Under the pieces are notes generated by a model that saw only the letters and a list, made by a program, of their open reading frames with translations, was not told the DNA's origin and ran no database searches. Below are positions 52,922 through 62,111 of a DNA stretch of 64,000 nucleotides, in pieces. Made by a program: the position numbers and the translations under genes. Within the stretch, counting starts at the first letter, position 1; every line of letters starts with the position of its first letter. This stretch comes from Candidatus Multivorans sp. (lineage in GTDB: Bacteria > Acidobacteriota > Thermoanaerobaculia > Multivoradales > Multivoraceae): positions 4,544,001 through 4,608,000 of the forward strand of contig OZ251997.1 in assembly GCA_965247095.1 (NCBI GenBank). The letters run 5' to 3'.

Positions 52922-55900
52922 ATGAGCGCCGTCGGCGAACTCGAAGCCCGTACCCAGCGCCGGGTCATCGACTTCTTCCGGGAGCAGCTCGGCTACAGGT
53001 ATCTGGGCAACTGGCACGAGCGACCGCACAATCGGAACATCGAGGAGGACCTCCTCCGGCAGTTCCTCACCCGCCAGGAACACGAGCCGGCCATCATCGC
53101 CAAAGCGCTGGAGAAACTCGGCAAGGCCGCTGCTCTCGGCGGAAGCAAGACCCTCTACGACGCCAACCGCGAGGTGTACGGCCTCCTGCGCTACGGAGCG
53201 AACCTCAGCCCGGGGCTCGGCGAGCACACGGTCACCGTCAACCTGATCGATTGGGAGAACCCGGGCTCGAACGACTTCGCCATCGCCGAAGAGGTCACGG
53301 TCGAGGGGCACCACACCAAGCGGCCCGACATCGTGCTCTACGTCAACGGGATCGCCATCGGCGTCCTTGAACTCAAGCGCTCGACCGTCTCCGTGGCCCA
53401 GGGCATCCGCCAGAACCTGGACAACCAGAAGAAGGACTTCATCCAGCCGTTCTTCACCACGGTGCAGCTCGTCATGGCGGGCAACGAGACCGAAGGATTG
53501 CGTTACGGCGTGATCGAGACAGCGGAGAAGTACTGGCTCCGCTGGAAGGAGGCCGACGCCCCAGACACCGACGCTCCGCTCCAAGCCGAGCTCGGATACC
53601 TCTGCACACCCGCCCGCTTGCTCGAACTCCTGCACGACTTCGTGGTCTTCGACGCGGGCGTCAAGAAGATCTGCCGGCACAACCAGTACTTCGGCGTGAA
53701 GTCGGCACGGGCTTTTGTCCAGCGGCGCGAGGGCGGGATCATCTGGCACACCCAGGGCAGCGGCAAGAGCCTCACGATGGTGTGGCTGGCGAAGTGGATC
53801 CGTGAGCTCAAGGGCGTGGACGGCCGCGTGCTGATCGTCACCGACCGCACGGAACTCGACGAACAGATCGAGAAGGTCTTCAAGGGCGTGGACGAGGACA
53901 TCTACAGGACGAAAAGTGGGGCCGACCTCGCGGAAGTCCTTCGCGACCCGGCCAAGTCGCTGATCTGTTCGCTCGTCCACAAGTTCGGTAGCTCCGAGGA
54001 CGGCAGCGTCGACCGGTACGTGAGAGACCTGCAGTCCAACATGTCAGGTGGTTTCCAGCCCGCCGGCGAGATCTTCGTCTTCGTGGACGAGTGTCACCGC
54101 ACCCAATCGGGCAAGCTCCACCGGGCCATGAAGGCCATCCTCCCCGGCGCTACGCTCATCGGCTTCACGGGAACCCCGCTCCTCAGGGCCGACAAGCAGC
54201 GGAGCATCGAGACCTTCGGCCCGTACATCCACACCTACAAGTACGACGAGGCGGTTGGCGACAAGGTGGTGCTCGACCTCCGCTACGAAGCGCGGGACAT
54301 TGACCAGGACATCACGTCGGAGGCGAAGATCGACCAGTGGTTCGACGGCAAGACCAAGGGCCTCAGCGACCTGGCCCGAGCGCAGCTCAGGCAGAAATGG
54401 GGCACCATGCGCAAGGTCACGAGCTCGCTCGACCGGATCCGGAAGATCGTGGCCGACATGCTGATGGACATGGAGATGAAGGACCGCCTGCAGAGCGGCC
54501 GCGGCAACGCCATGCTCGTGTCCGGCAGCGTTTACGCCGCCTGCCGGTTCTTCGAGGCGTTCAGTGGGACCGGCCTGAAGGGCAGGTGCGCCATCGTCAC
54601 TTCCTACGTTCCGGCGTCAAGCGACATCAAGGGAGAAGAGACGGGCGAGGGCCTGACCGAAAAGCTGCTCAAGTACGACGTCTACCGGAAGATGCTCGCG
54701 GACCACTTCGGCGAGCCCGAGGACAGGGCCATGCACAAGGCCGAGCAGTTCGAGCAGGAGGTCAAGCGCCGGTTCGTGAACGAGCCCGGCCAGATGAAGC
54801 TGCTCATCGTCGTCGACAAGCTGCTGACCGGCTTCGACGCACCGCCCGCGACCTATCTCTACATCGACAAGAGAATGCAGGATCACGGTCTCTTCCAGGC
54901 GATCTGCCGCGTCAACCGGTTGGACCGCGACGACAAGGAGTACGGCTACATCATCGACTACAAGGACCTGTTCCGGTCGCTGGAGGGCGCGATCAAGGAC
55001 TACACGGGCGAAGCGTTCGAGGGATATGACCGCGAGGACGTGGAGGGGCTGCTGAAGGACCGGCTGGAGCAGGGGCGAGAGCGCCTGGAGGAGACCCGGG
55101 AAGCGGTCAAGGCGCTGTGCGAACCCGTCGAGCCACCGTACGACACGGACGCGTATCTGCGCTACTTTTGCCACGGCGGAGAGGGCGGCGCTGCCAACCA
55201 GTCCGGCCGGAATGAACGAAAACGTCTTACGCTGTACAGAATGGTGGCGGCATTCCTGCGCGCCTACGCCAACCTGGCCAACGAGATGACCGAGGCCGGT
55301 TACACGGAGTCCGAGCGGCTCGTCATCAGGGACGAAGTCAGCCACTACGAGAAGGTCCGCCAGGAGGTCAAGCTGGCCAGCGGCGACTATGTGGATCTGA
55401 AGGTGTTCGAGCCCGCCATGCGGCACCTGCTCGATACCTACATCCGGGCCGAGGACAGCGAGGTCGTGTCCGCGTTCAACGACATGACGCTCGTGGACCT
55501 GCTCGTGCGGGACGGGGTGGGAGCCATCGGCGAGCTTCCCGAGGGGATTCGGAGTAGCCAGGGCGCCGTCGCCGAGACCATCGAAAACAACGTCCGCCGC
55601 CTGATCGTCGACGAGATGGCCGTCAATCCGAAGTACTACGAGAAGATGTCGGCGGTGCTCGATGCGTTGATCAAGCAGCGCAAGGAAGAGGCGATCGAGT
55701 ACGAGGCCTATCTCAGGAAGGTGATCGAGCTCGCTGAGAAGGTGAAGAGCGGTGAGGGTGGCGCGTCGTATCCCGAGAGCATCAAGACAAAGGCGCTCCG
55801 CGCCATCTACGACAACCTGTGGGAGGAGGTGCCGGCGACGACGTTGGCTGAGTCTGGCCCGGACGGAAGTTCTGAGGGCGACGCCGACCCGCGTGAGGCC

Positions 55901-56068
55901 GTGGCATTGGATGTCGACAATGCGGTCCGGGAGGCTCGAATGGACGGTTGGCGCGACAGCCCCATCAAGGAGAAGCGAATCCGGAGGGCAATCCGGGACG
56001 CACTCGGCCCCTTCCGCGAGCAGGTCAACACGCTGTTCCAGGTCGTGAGGAATCAGAGTGAGTACTAG
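52922..56068 (+). CDS. hsdR: Type I RM restriction subunit R
   Basis: RPDIVLYVNG...ELK, WHTQGSGKS, DECHR, GFTGTP, KLLTGFD, QAICRVNR. Confidence 0.96.
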   Translation: MSAVGELEARTQRRVIDFFREQLGYRYLGNWHERPHNRNIEEDLLRQFLTRQEHEPAIIAKALEKLGKAAALGGSKTLYDANREVYGLLRYGANLSPGLGEHTVTVNLIDWENPGSNDFAIAEEVTVEGHHTKRPDIVLYVNGIAIGVLELKRSTVSVAQGIRQNLDNQKKDFIQPFFTTVQLVMAGNETEGLRYGVIETAEKYWLRWKEADAPDTDAPLQAELGYLCTPARLLELLHDFVVFDAGVKKICRHNQYFGVKSARAFVQRREGGIIWHTQGSGKSLTMVWLAKWIRELKGVDGRVLIVTDRTELDEQIEKVFKGVDEDIYRTKSGADLAEVLRDPAKSLICSLVHKFGSSEDGSVDRYVRDLQSNMSGGFQPAGEIFVFVDECHRTQSGKLHRAMKAILPGATLIGFTGTPLLRADKQRSIETFGPYIHTYKYDEAVGDKVVLDLRYEARDIDQDITSEAKIDQWFDGKTKGLSDLARAQLRQKWGTMRKVTSSLDRIRKIVADMLMDMEMKDRLQSGRGNAMLVSGSVYAACRFFEAFSGTGLKGRCAIVTSYVPASSDIKGEETGEGLTEKLLKYDVYRKMLADHFGEPEDRAMHKAEQFEQEVKRRFVNEPGQMKLLIVVDKLLTGFDAPPATYLYIDKRMQDHGLFQAICRVNRLDRDDKEYGYIIDYKDLFRSLEGAIKDYTGEAFEGYDREDVEGLLKDRLEQGRERLEETREAVKALCEPVEPPYDTDAYLRYFCHGGEGGAANQSGRNERKRLTLYRMVAAFLRAYANLANEMTEAGYTESERLVIRDEVSHYEKVRQEVKLASGDYVDLKVFEPAMRHLLDTYIRAEDSEVVSAFNDMTLVDLLVRDGVGAIGELPEGIRSSQGAVAETIENNVRRLIVDEMAVNPKYYEKMSAVLDALIKQRKEEAIEYEAYLRKVIELAEKVKSGEGGASYPESIKTKALRAIYDNLWEEVPATTLAESGPDGSSEGDADPREAVALDVDNAVREARMDGWRDSPIKEKRIRRAIRDALGPFREQVNTLFQVVRNQSEY

Positions 56069-56903
56069 CGGTACCTGCATTGAGATCCGCGGCGTCGAGG
56101 TGGAGGTCGTCCGCAAGGACATCAAGCACCTGCACCTCGGCGTCTATCCCCCGGAGGGAAGGGTCCGGGTCGCCGCTCCTCTACACCTCGACGACGACGC
56201 GGTACGGTTGGCGGTGATCTCCCGGTTGGCCTGGATTCGCCGGAAGCGGGCGGAGTTCGAGCGGCAGGATCGCCAGTCCCGGCGCGAGTATGTGACCGGC
56301 GAGAGCCACTACTTCGAAGGGTGCCGCTACCGTCTGGACGTGGTCGTCTCGGGCGGCCGGAACGGGATTCGACTACGCGACAAGGCCTGGTTGGAAATGC
56401 GCGTAGGCCCCGGCACGGGCCGTGACGCCCGCGAAGCGATGCTCTACAGGTGGTACCGGCTCCAACTGCGAAGGCGCAGCCCGTCGCTGGTCGCCGAGTG
56501 GGAGACCAGGCTCGGCGTCCGTGTGGCGGAGTGGCGTCTCCGGCGCATGAAGACGCGGTGGGGCACGTGCAACTGTGAAGCCCGTCGCATTTGGCTCAAT
56601 ACCGAACTGGCCAAAAAGCCCATTCGTTGTCTGGAATACGTTGTCGTCCACGAGATGGTCCATCTGGTCGAACGGTCCCACAACGAGCGTTTCCGGGCCA
56701 TTCTGGACCGCGTACTGCCCGGCTGGCGTCAACGTCTCGACGAATTGAACAGCGGACACTTGGCCGACGAGGGTTGGGAGGAGTGTCCGGCCTCCGGCGG
56801 GCGTCTCGTCGAGGTCTCCGCCGATCCGATGGAACCAAGTTCGGCATCTTTGAACTTGACCGAGGTCGCCACGGCGGAGTCAGCCGCGGCGGACGCTGAG
56901 TGA
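56058..56903 (+). CDS. M48/YgjP (DUF45) metallopeptidase-family protein, RM-associated
   Basis: RK.IK.LHL.V.PP.G.VR, MKTRWG.CN, YVVVHEMVHL...H...F. Confidence 0.92.
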   Translation: MSTSGTCIEIRGVEVEVVRKDIKHLHLGVYPPEGRVRVAAPLHLDDDAVRLAVISRLAWIRRKRAEFERQDRQSRREYVTGESHYFEGCRYRLDVVVSGGRNGIRLRDKAWLEMRVGPGTGRDAREAMLYRWYRLQLRRRSPSLVAEWETRLGVRVAEWRLRRMKTRWGTCNCEARRIWLNTELAKKPIRCLEYVVVHEMVHLVERSHNERFRAILDRVLPGWRQRLDELNSGHLADEGWEECPASGGRLVEVSADPMEPSSASLNLTEVATAESAAADAE

Positions 56904-57412
56904 GCAGCGGCGGCGAGACCGTCGGCGTCAACGGGATCGCGCACATCCAGTTGACGGTCCGTGACCCGGAGCGTTGCCTGCCGTTCTGGGAGCGGCTATG
57001 CAACTTCCTCGACATGCGCACGCTGATCCGCGGCGAGGACGTGCTGTACTGCATCGGCAGTCGCACCGGCATCCTGGTGCGGGCCGCGCCGGCGGACAAA
57101 CGGGGCCGCGGGTTCGATCAGGACCGGCCTGGGCTCCACCACTTCTGCTTCCGGGCCAGGAGCCGCGCCGATGTCGACGCGATCTATCGCTTCATCGTGT
57201 CCGAACTCGACGCCACGATCGTCCACGGCCCTAAGGAAGGCAGTCGCTTCGCACCAGGCTACTACTCGATCCTGGTTGAGGATCCGGACGGCATCCGGGT
57301 CGAAGTGAACCACGTTCCGGGCAAGGGGCACTTCGGAGACGGCGGGCGTCTGGGACCCGGTGGGACCGGTCCCGCCAGTACCTACGGCGATCACGGGCTG
57401 GGCGACGCCTGA
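56900..57412 (+). CDS. VOC/glyoxalase family protein
   Basis: HIQLTV, GLHHFCFRA, EDPDGIRVE metal-ligand motifs. Confidence 0.9.
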   Translation: MSSGGETVGVNGIAHIQLTVRDPERCLPFWERLCNFLDMRTLIRGEDVLYCIGSRTGILVRAAPADKRGRGFDQDRPGLHHFCFRARSRADVDAIYRFIVSELDATIVHGPKEGSRFAPGYYSILVEDPDGIRVEVNHVPGKGHFGDGGRLGPGGTGPASTYGDHGLGDA

Positions 57413-57471
57413 CGGGCGAGACGCCCGCATCTGGTCCCCTGGGAACGCGGGCGTCTCGCCCGCATCTGGTC
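57413..57471. repeat. REP-like doublet
   Basis: CGGGCGAGACGCCCGCATCTGGTC followed by CCTGGGAACGCGGGCGTCTCGCCCGCATCTGGTC. Confidence 0.85.
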
Positions 57472-57500
57472 TGTGGCTGACTTCCTGGCCGCTTGGCTCT

Positions 57501-59213
57501 TCAGCCGTCGAGATCGACCACGTAGATCGTGTTCGCGGCGTCGCCGGCGACCCAGGCGCTCTCGCCGTCCGTCGCGATGCCGTTGAACAGCATCGTGTTG
57601 GGGAAGGCGCCGCTCGGCGGCACGTGCAATTCGAGCCCCTCGACGACGACCTGCGCCGCGCCGCTTGCCGGATCGATTGCAGTAACTCGCCCCGCGCCGG
57701 CTTCGACGACGTAGATCGAGCCGTTGGCCGCCGCCAGCCCCTCCGGCTGCACGAGCCCGCTCGCCACTTCCTCGGCGCCGCCGTCGCCGATGCGTAGCAG
57801 GGTGCCGGCGAGGTTGTCGGTGACGTAGAGGCTGCCGTCCAACTCCGTCAGACCGGCCGGCCCCTCAAGACCGTCTGCGAGAACCCGCTGTTCGTCCGGG
57901 CTTTCGGGCGAGAACGCGATCACGTTGCCGGTGCCCCACTGGCTGGCGACGATGTCGCCTTGGAACTGCAACGCGTCGACGGGCGCGGACAGACCGGGGA
58001 AGGTCTGGATTAGCGCGCCGCCGGCCGCGTCCCAGAGCCGCACCGCGTTGTCGAACCAGCTCGAGAGCACGAGGCGGCCGTCGTCCATGGCATGGACCGA
58101 CATCGACGTGCCGATGGCTGAGAAACCGATCACGTCGCGCACCACGTCAAGCTCCTCACCGGTCTGCGGGTCAAGCTGCCGCAATGCGAAGAAATCGGCG
58201 ACAACCAGGCGGGTCGCGTCGCCGCTCCCGATCAGCGCCAAGCCGCCGGGCATGTTCAGCCCGCCCTCGAGCACGACCCGGTTTTCCTCCGGCGACAGCG
58301 CCTCGACGATGAAGCCGTCGGCGAAGCTGGAGATGAACAGCCGGTCCGAGGCGTCGAAAGCGAAGTTGTCGAGCCCGGGCTGGACACGCGCGACGACGTC
58401 CTTGCTGCCGTCCTCACCGACGCGGACCACCTCGCCGCGGAGCGCGTCGAGCACGTGGAGCACGCCGGCGCCGTTGAACTTGACCGCCGCCGGCACGCCG
58501 AAGCCGCTGGCCACGGTTTCCATCTCGCCGCTGTCGACGTCGACGCGCACGACCTCGCCGCGGAACCAGCGCGGGCCGTAGAGCTTGCCGTCGGCGGCGC
58601 CCCAGTCCATGCCGTTCAGGCCGCAGCCGGGGCCGAGGTCGTCGCGGATGAGTCGTGGCGCCGCTTCGCCCGCCGGGTCGAGCTCGAACAGACGGGTGTC
58701 CATGAAGCACTGGGAGACGAATAGCCTGCCGTCGTCCGAGAAGGTGATCGGGTTGACGCCGGCCCCCGGGGCGGCGATCACCCGGGTTTCGCCGTCGGGG
58801 GTGCGCATGGCGACCTCGCCGTTGCTGATGTCCGTCCAATACAGCGAGCCGTCGGGGCCGAAGGCAAGGTCGTCGGGCGACTTGGGGCCGTCGCCGAGGC
58901 CCCAGTTATCGAGGATCTCGCCGCTTTCCGGATCGAGACGCGCCACGGCCGGGGTCACGACGGAGGCCAGGTACAGATCGCCGTCGGGGCCGAAGAGGAT
59001 GCCGTTGATGCCGCGGAAACTGGCGCTCTCACCGATGGTTCGGACTCCTCCCATGTCCGCTTCCGGAACGTCTGCGTCCGGAGAGCTGCAGGCCGCGGTC
59101 AGAACGGTGAGGCAGAGGGTGGCGCAGCACAGCGCGGCGCGTCGTTCCTTCGTAGCGAAGGCCACTCGTGGTACTCCGCCGGCAGCCGGCGGGTGATTCA
59201 TCGCTTCGAACAT
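57501..59213 (-). CDS. Beta-propeller lipoprotein (SMP-30/NHL-like repeats)
   Basis: LTAAC lipobox; repeated PDDLAFGPDG / P.G.A propeller blades. Confidence 0.8.
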   Translation of the reverse strand: MFEAMNHPPAAGGVPRVAFATKERRAALCCATLCLTVLTAACSSPDADVPEADMGGVRTIGESASFRGINGILFGPDGDLYLASVVTPAVARLDPESGEILDNWGLGDGPKSPDDLAFGPDGSLYWTDISNGEVAMRTPDGETRVIAAPGAGVNPITFSDDGRLFVSQCFMDTRLFELDPAGEAAPRLIRDDLGPGCGLNGMDWGAADGKLYGPRWFRGEVVRVDVDSGEMETVASGFGVPAAVKFNGAGVLHVLDALRGEVVRVGEDGSKDVVARVQPGLDNFAFDASDRLFISSFADGFIVEALSPEENRVVLEGGLNMPGGLALIGSGDATRLVVADFFALRQLDPQTGEELDVVRDVIGFSAIGTSMSVHAMDDGRLVLSSWFDNAVRLWDAAGGALIQTFPGLSAPVDALQFQGDIVASQWGTGNVIAFSPESPDEQRVLADGLEGPAGLTELDGSLYVTDNLAGTLLRIGDGGAEEVASGLVQPEGLAAANGSIYVVEAGAGRVTAIDPASGAAQVVVEGLELHVPPSGAFPNTMLFNGIATDGESAWVAGDAANTIYVVDLDG

Positions 59214-59222
59214 CGTCGCTCC

Positions 59223-60614
59223 TCAGTCAAGTAGTCGCGCAAGGACCACGTACCGGATCACGAACCCCGCCATGACCAGTTCGAACAGGAAGATGGCCCA
59301 GACGGCGGTACGTATTCCCATGCCCGGGCGAATGCGCGGGTCCATCCGGTGTTTCTGGAACCAGAGCACGGCGCCGCTCTGGATCGGCAGCAGCATCCCG
59401 ATGACCAGCGAACTGATCGTGACCAGCAGCACCGGGTTCGGTATCGCCACGTAGACGGCGAACGCGAAGACCGGGATCCCCGTGCAGTAGGCGCGGATCC
59501 AGGACGTGCGGGCGGTCAGGTTCCGCCGCCGCAGGTAGCCCAGCTCCATGATGTAGTCGGGGATGTAGCGGGCGCCGCCGGCGATGGCCGAGAGCATGGT
59601 CGAGAACAGGATGCAGAAGGCGCCGACACCGAACAGCCACAGGGACCAGGGTCCCAGGGTCTGGGTGAACATCTCGGACAGCACAGAGATCGTCTCGAGG
59701 CCCTCCGGCTCCATGCCCCTAGCGCGCAGAACGCCGGCGCCGAGGATGTAGAAGGGCAGCGTGGCGCAGGTCAGAATCACGAGGGTGACCCAGACATCGG
59801 TCTGCATGACCTTGATCCACCCTTTGGCGCGCGCCTCCCATCCCGGAGCGTCGGGGCGTCCGACGAAGTTCGGATAGCCCTTCTCGACACACCAGTACTG
59901 GTAGGCCGAAGTCTCCGAAGAGTTCACTCCGGTGTAGCCGTAGACGGCGAGAGCGGCGATGAAGTACTCGGCCGGGAAATCGAAGGTGAAGCCCGAGGCG
60001 AGGTCCGCGCGCGTGACGGCGAACTCGGTGAACTGCATCAGGATGGCGCACACCAGAGTGGCGCCGGTGAAGGTCATCACCAGCACCAGCATCACGCCTT
60101 CCAGCAGCTTGTACGAGCCGGTCACCAGCAGGGCTACCGTGCCGACGGCGAGCACACCGGCGGCCCAGGTGGACGGTATCTGCGGCGCCAGCAGAGTGAG
60201 CGCCTGGCCGGCGCCGCCGATGATCCCTCCGAGACCCAGAAGTCCCGGCGCCAGGGCGATCAGGGCGATCGCCACCGGGAAGCTGATATGGCCGCGTCCG
60301 ATCGGGATGCGGCCGGGAAGCCGGTTCATCGCCCGCACGTACGTGTCGCCGGAAACCAGGGTGTAGCGGGCGAGTTCCGCCTGGATCAGCGACTTGATCC
60401 AGCAGGAAAGGAGGACCCACCACAACAGGACGAAGCCGGCGGAGGCGCCCAGGCCTGAGGTGAGGATGATCTCGCCCGAGCCGACGATCGAGCCGGAAAT
60501 GACGACGCTGGGACCGAGGTAGCGCAGTCGGCTGCGCCAGTTGGTCGGCGGCGGAACGGCACCGCCCTCGCGGACGGTGTATGGGTCGCTCCGCGGAATG
60601 GGGGAGTCGCTCAT
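59223..60614 (-). CDS. Nramp-like (APC-fold) transporter
   Basis: LGPSVVISGSIVGSGE, Q.ELARY, YWCVEKGY; about 11 TM helices. Confidence 0.82.
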   Translation of the reverse strand: MSDSPIPRSDPYTVREGGAVPPPTNWRSRLRYLGPSVVISGSIVGSGEIILTSGLGASAGFVLLWWVLLSCWIKSLIQAELARYTLVSGDTYVRAMNRLPGRIPIGRGHISFPVAIALIALAPGLLGLGGIIGGAGQALTLLAPQIPSTWAAGVLAVGTVALLVTGSYKLLEGVMLVLVMTFTGATLVCAILMQFTEFAVTRADLASGFTFDFPAEYFIAALAVYGYTGVNSSETSAYQYWCVEKGYPNFVGRPDAPGWEARAKGWIKVMQTDVWVTLVILTCATLPFYILGAGVLRARGMEPEGLETISVLSEMFTQTLGPWSLWLFGVGAFCILFSTMLSAIAGGARYIPDYIMELGYLRRRNLTARTSWIRAYCTGIPVFAFAVYVAIPNPVLLVTISSLVIGMLLPIQSGAVLWFQKHRMDPRIRPGMGIRTAVWAIFLFELVMAGFVIRYVVLARLLD

Positions 60615-60749
60615 CGAGATGTCGGAGGGAACCGGGACTCTACACCGGCGCGGCTGGCGGCCGGCGGCCGGCTGACTGGTACTCTCAGCGTCCGAGCCGG
60701 CACTGGCGCCGGCATTCTGCAGGAACGGAGCGCAGGCCCGGAGACGAGA

Positions 60750-61193
60750 ATGATGAGGGATGGACATCGCTTTCGTGGGACCGTAGGACTCGGCTTTGCC
60801 GTACTGGCCTTGACGCTCGCGGCCGCGGCCTTCGCGCACCTCAAGGCGCTCAACACCAGTCCGGAGGATGGTGCAACCCTGAGCGGTCCTGTACGCACGC
60901 TCCGGGTCTTCTTCAACCAGGAACCGGACGTGCCGCTGAGCAAGCTCGAACTCGAAGGGCCGCAGGGCCCGCTGAGAGTCGAGGGTCTGCACACGATGGG
61001 CGAGAAGGACCTGATGGCCAGGGTTTCGGGTCGCATGCCCGACGGCGCCTACACCGCCCGCTGGCAGACGACCGGCGACGACGGGCACGTCCTCAAGGGC
61101 GAGTGGACGTTCACGATTGCCAGGGAGGTTCGAGCTGTCGAGCCTGCCCTTGCGCCGCGTGAGTTCGCACGCATTGACCGCGGCGGTCGCTGA
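60750..61193 (+). CDS. copC: Copper-binding periplasmic protein CopC
   Basis: Signal peptide ending AFA-H (N-terminal His), SP..G, W...DDGH...G...F. Confidence 0.88.
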   Translation: MMRDGHRFRGTVGLGFAVLALTLAAAAFAHLKALNTSPEDGATLSGPVRTLRVFFNQEPDVPLSKLELEGPQGPLRVEGLHTMGEKDLMARVSGRMPDGAYTARWQTTGDDGHVLKGEWTFTIAREVRAVEPALAPREFARIDRGGR

Positions 61194-61214
61194 CCTGCTG
61201 ACCCGGTACCGGCA

Positions 61215-62096
61215 GTGAGCTGGGAGATGGCCGGCCGCTGGTCGGTCTACCTGCCCCTGCTGCTGGTTTACGGTGTTCTGGGCATGCGGGTGCTGGTAGC
61301 TGCCCGCGGGTCCTCGTTCTCGGTTCGCGACCCGCAGTTGGCGCTCTGGCGTCTCGGATGGATGTCGGCGCTGCTGCTTGTTGCCGCGTTGCTGCTGCGG
61401 GCCGTGTTTCAGTCAATCGAGGTCTGGGGGACCGGCGGCGGACTGTCTCTCGAGAACCTTCGGGCGGTGGCGCTTGAGAGCCGATGGGGCAATCGCTGGC
61501 AGTGGCAGGCGGGCGCCGCCGCGCTGGCGGCGTTCGGATCCCTCGTGCTGCTCCGGCTCCCGGCCCTCGGCGGCGCCCTCGCCTGGATCGGCGCGTTCGG
61601 TGTGGGTGCGGCGCTGCCGATGACCGGTCACGCCTACGGCGATTCCCTGGCTTGGACTGCGCAGAGTGTTCATATCGTGGGCGCCGGGTTCTGGATCGGC
61701 ACCTTGATCGTGCTGCTCGCTGTCCCTCTGGGTTTGTCGGGAATCTCGAAGCCTGAGGCGGCTTCGATTCGACGTTTCTGGCTACAGGCTTTCGCGCCTC
61801 TGGCGGTGACTGGCGCGACGCTGCTTGTTGCCAGCGGCGGGCTGCTGGCCTATCGCTACCTGCCGGCCTGGGACGCACTGTGGACCGATCGGTACGGTCA
61901 GATCCTCCTGATCAAGGTGGCGCTGAGCGTGCTGGTCCTTTCTTTCGGGGTCAGGAACTACGTACAGATGCACTTCCGACCCGACCAGTACACGGATCCG
62001 CTGCCGAAGACCGTCTTCCTCGAGGTCGGCTTTGCCCTGCTGGTGCTGGCTGCCACGGGCGTGCTGACGAGCACGGCGCAGCCCGACATGCACTGA
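61215..62096 (+). CDS. copD: Copper resistance membrane protein CopD
   Basis: TGHA, H...AG.WIG.L, YG..L..K, N; about 8 TM helices; directly follows copC. Confidence 0.85.
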   Translation: MSWEMAGRWSVYLPLLLVYGVLGMRVLVAARGSSFSVRDPQLALWRLGWMSALLLVAALLLRAVFQSIEVWGTGGGLSLENLRAVALESRWGNRWQWQAGAAALAAFGSLVLLRLPALGGALAWIGAFGVGAALPMTGHAYGDSLAWTAQSVHIVGAGFWIGTLIVLLAVPLGLSGISKPEAASIRRFWLQAFAPLAVTGATLLVASGGLLAYRYLPAWDALWTDRYGQILLIKVALSVLVLSFGVRNYVQMHFRPDQYTDPLPKTVFLEVGFALLVLAATGVLTSTAQPDMH

Positions 62097-62111
62097 GCGG
62101 GCGCCTTCCGG

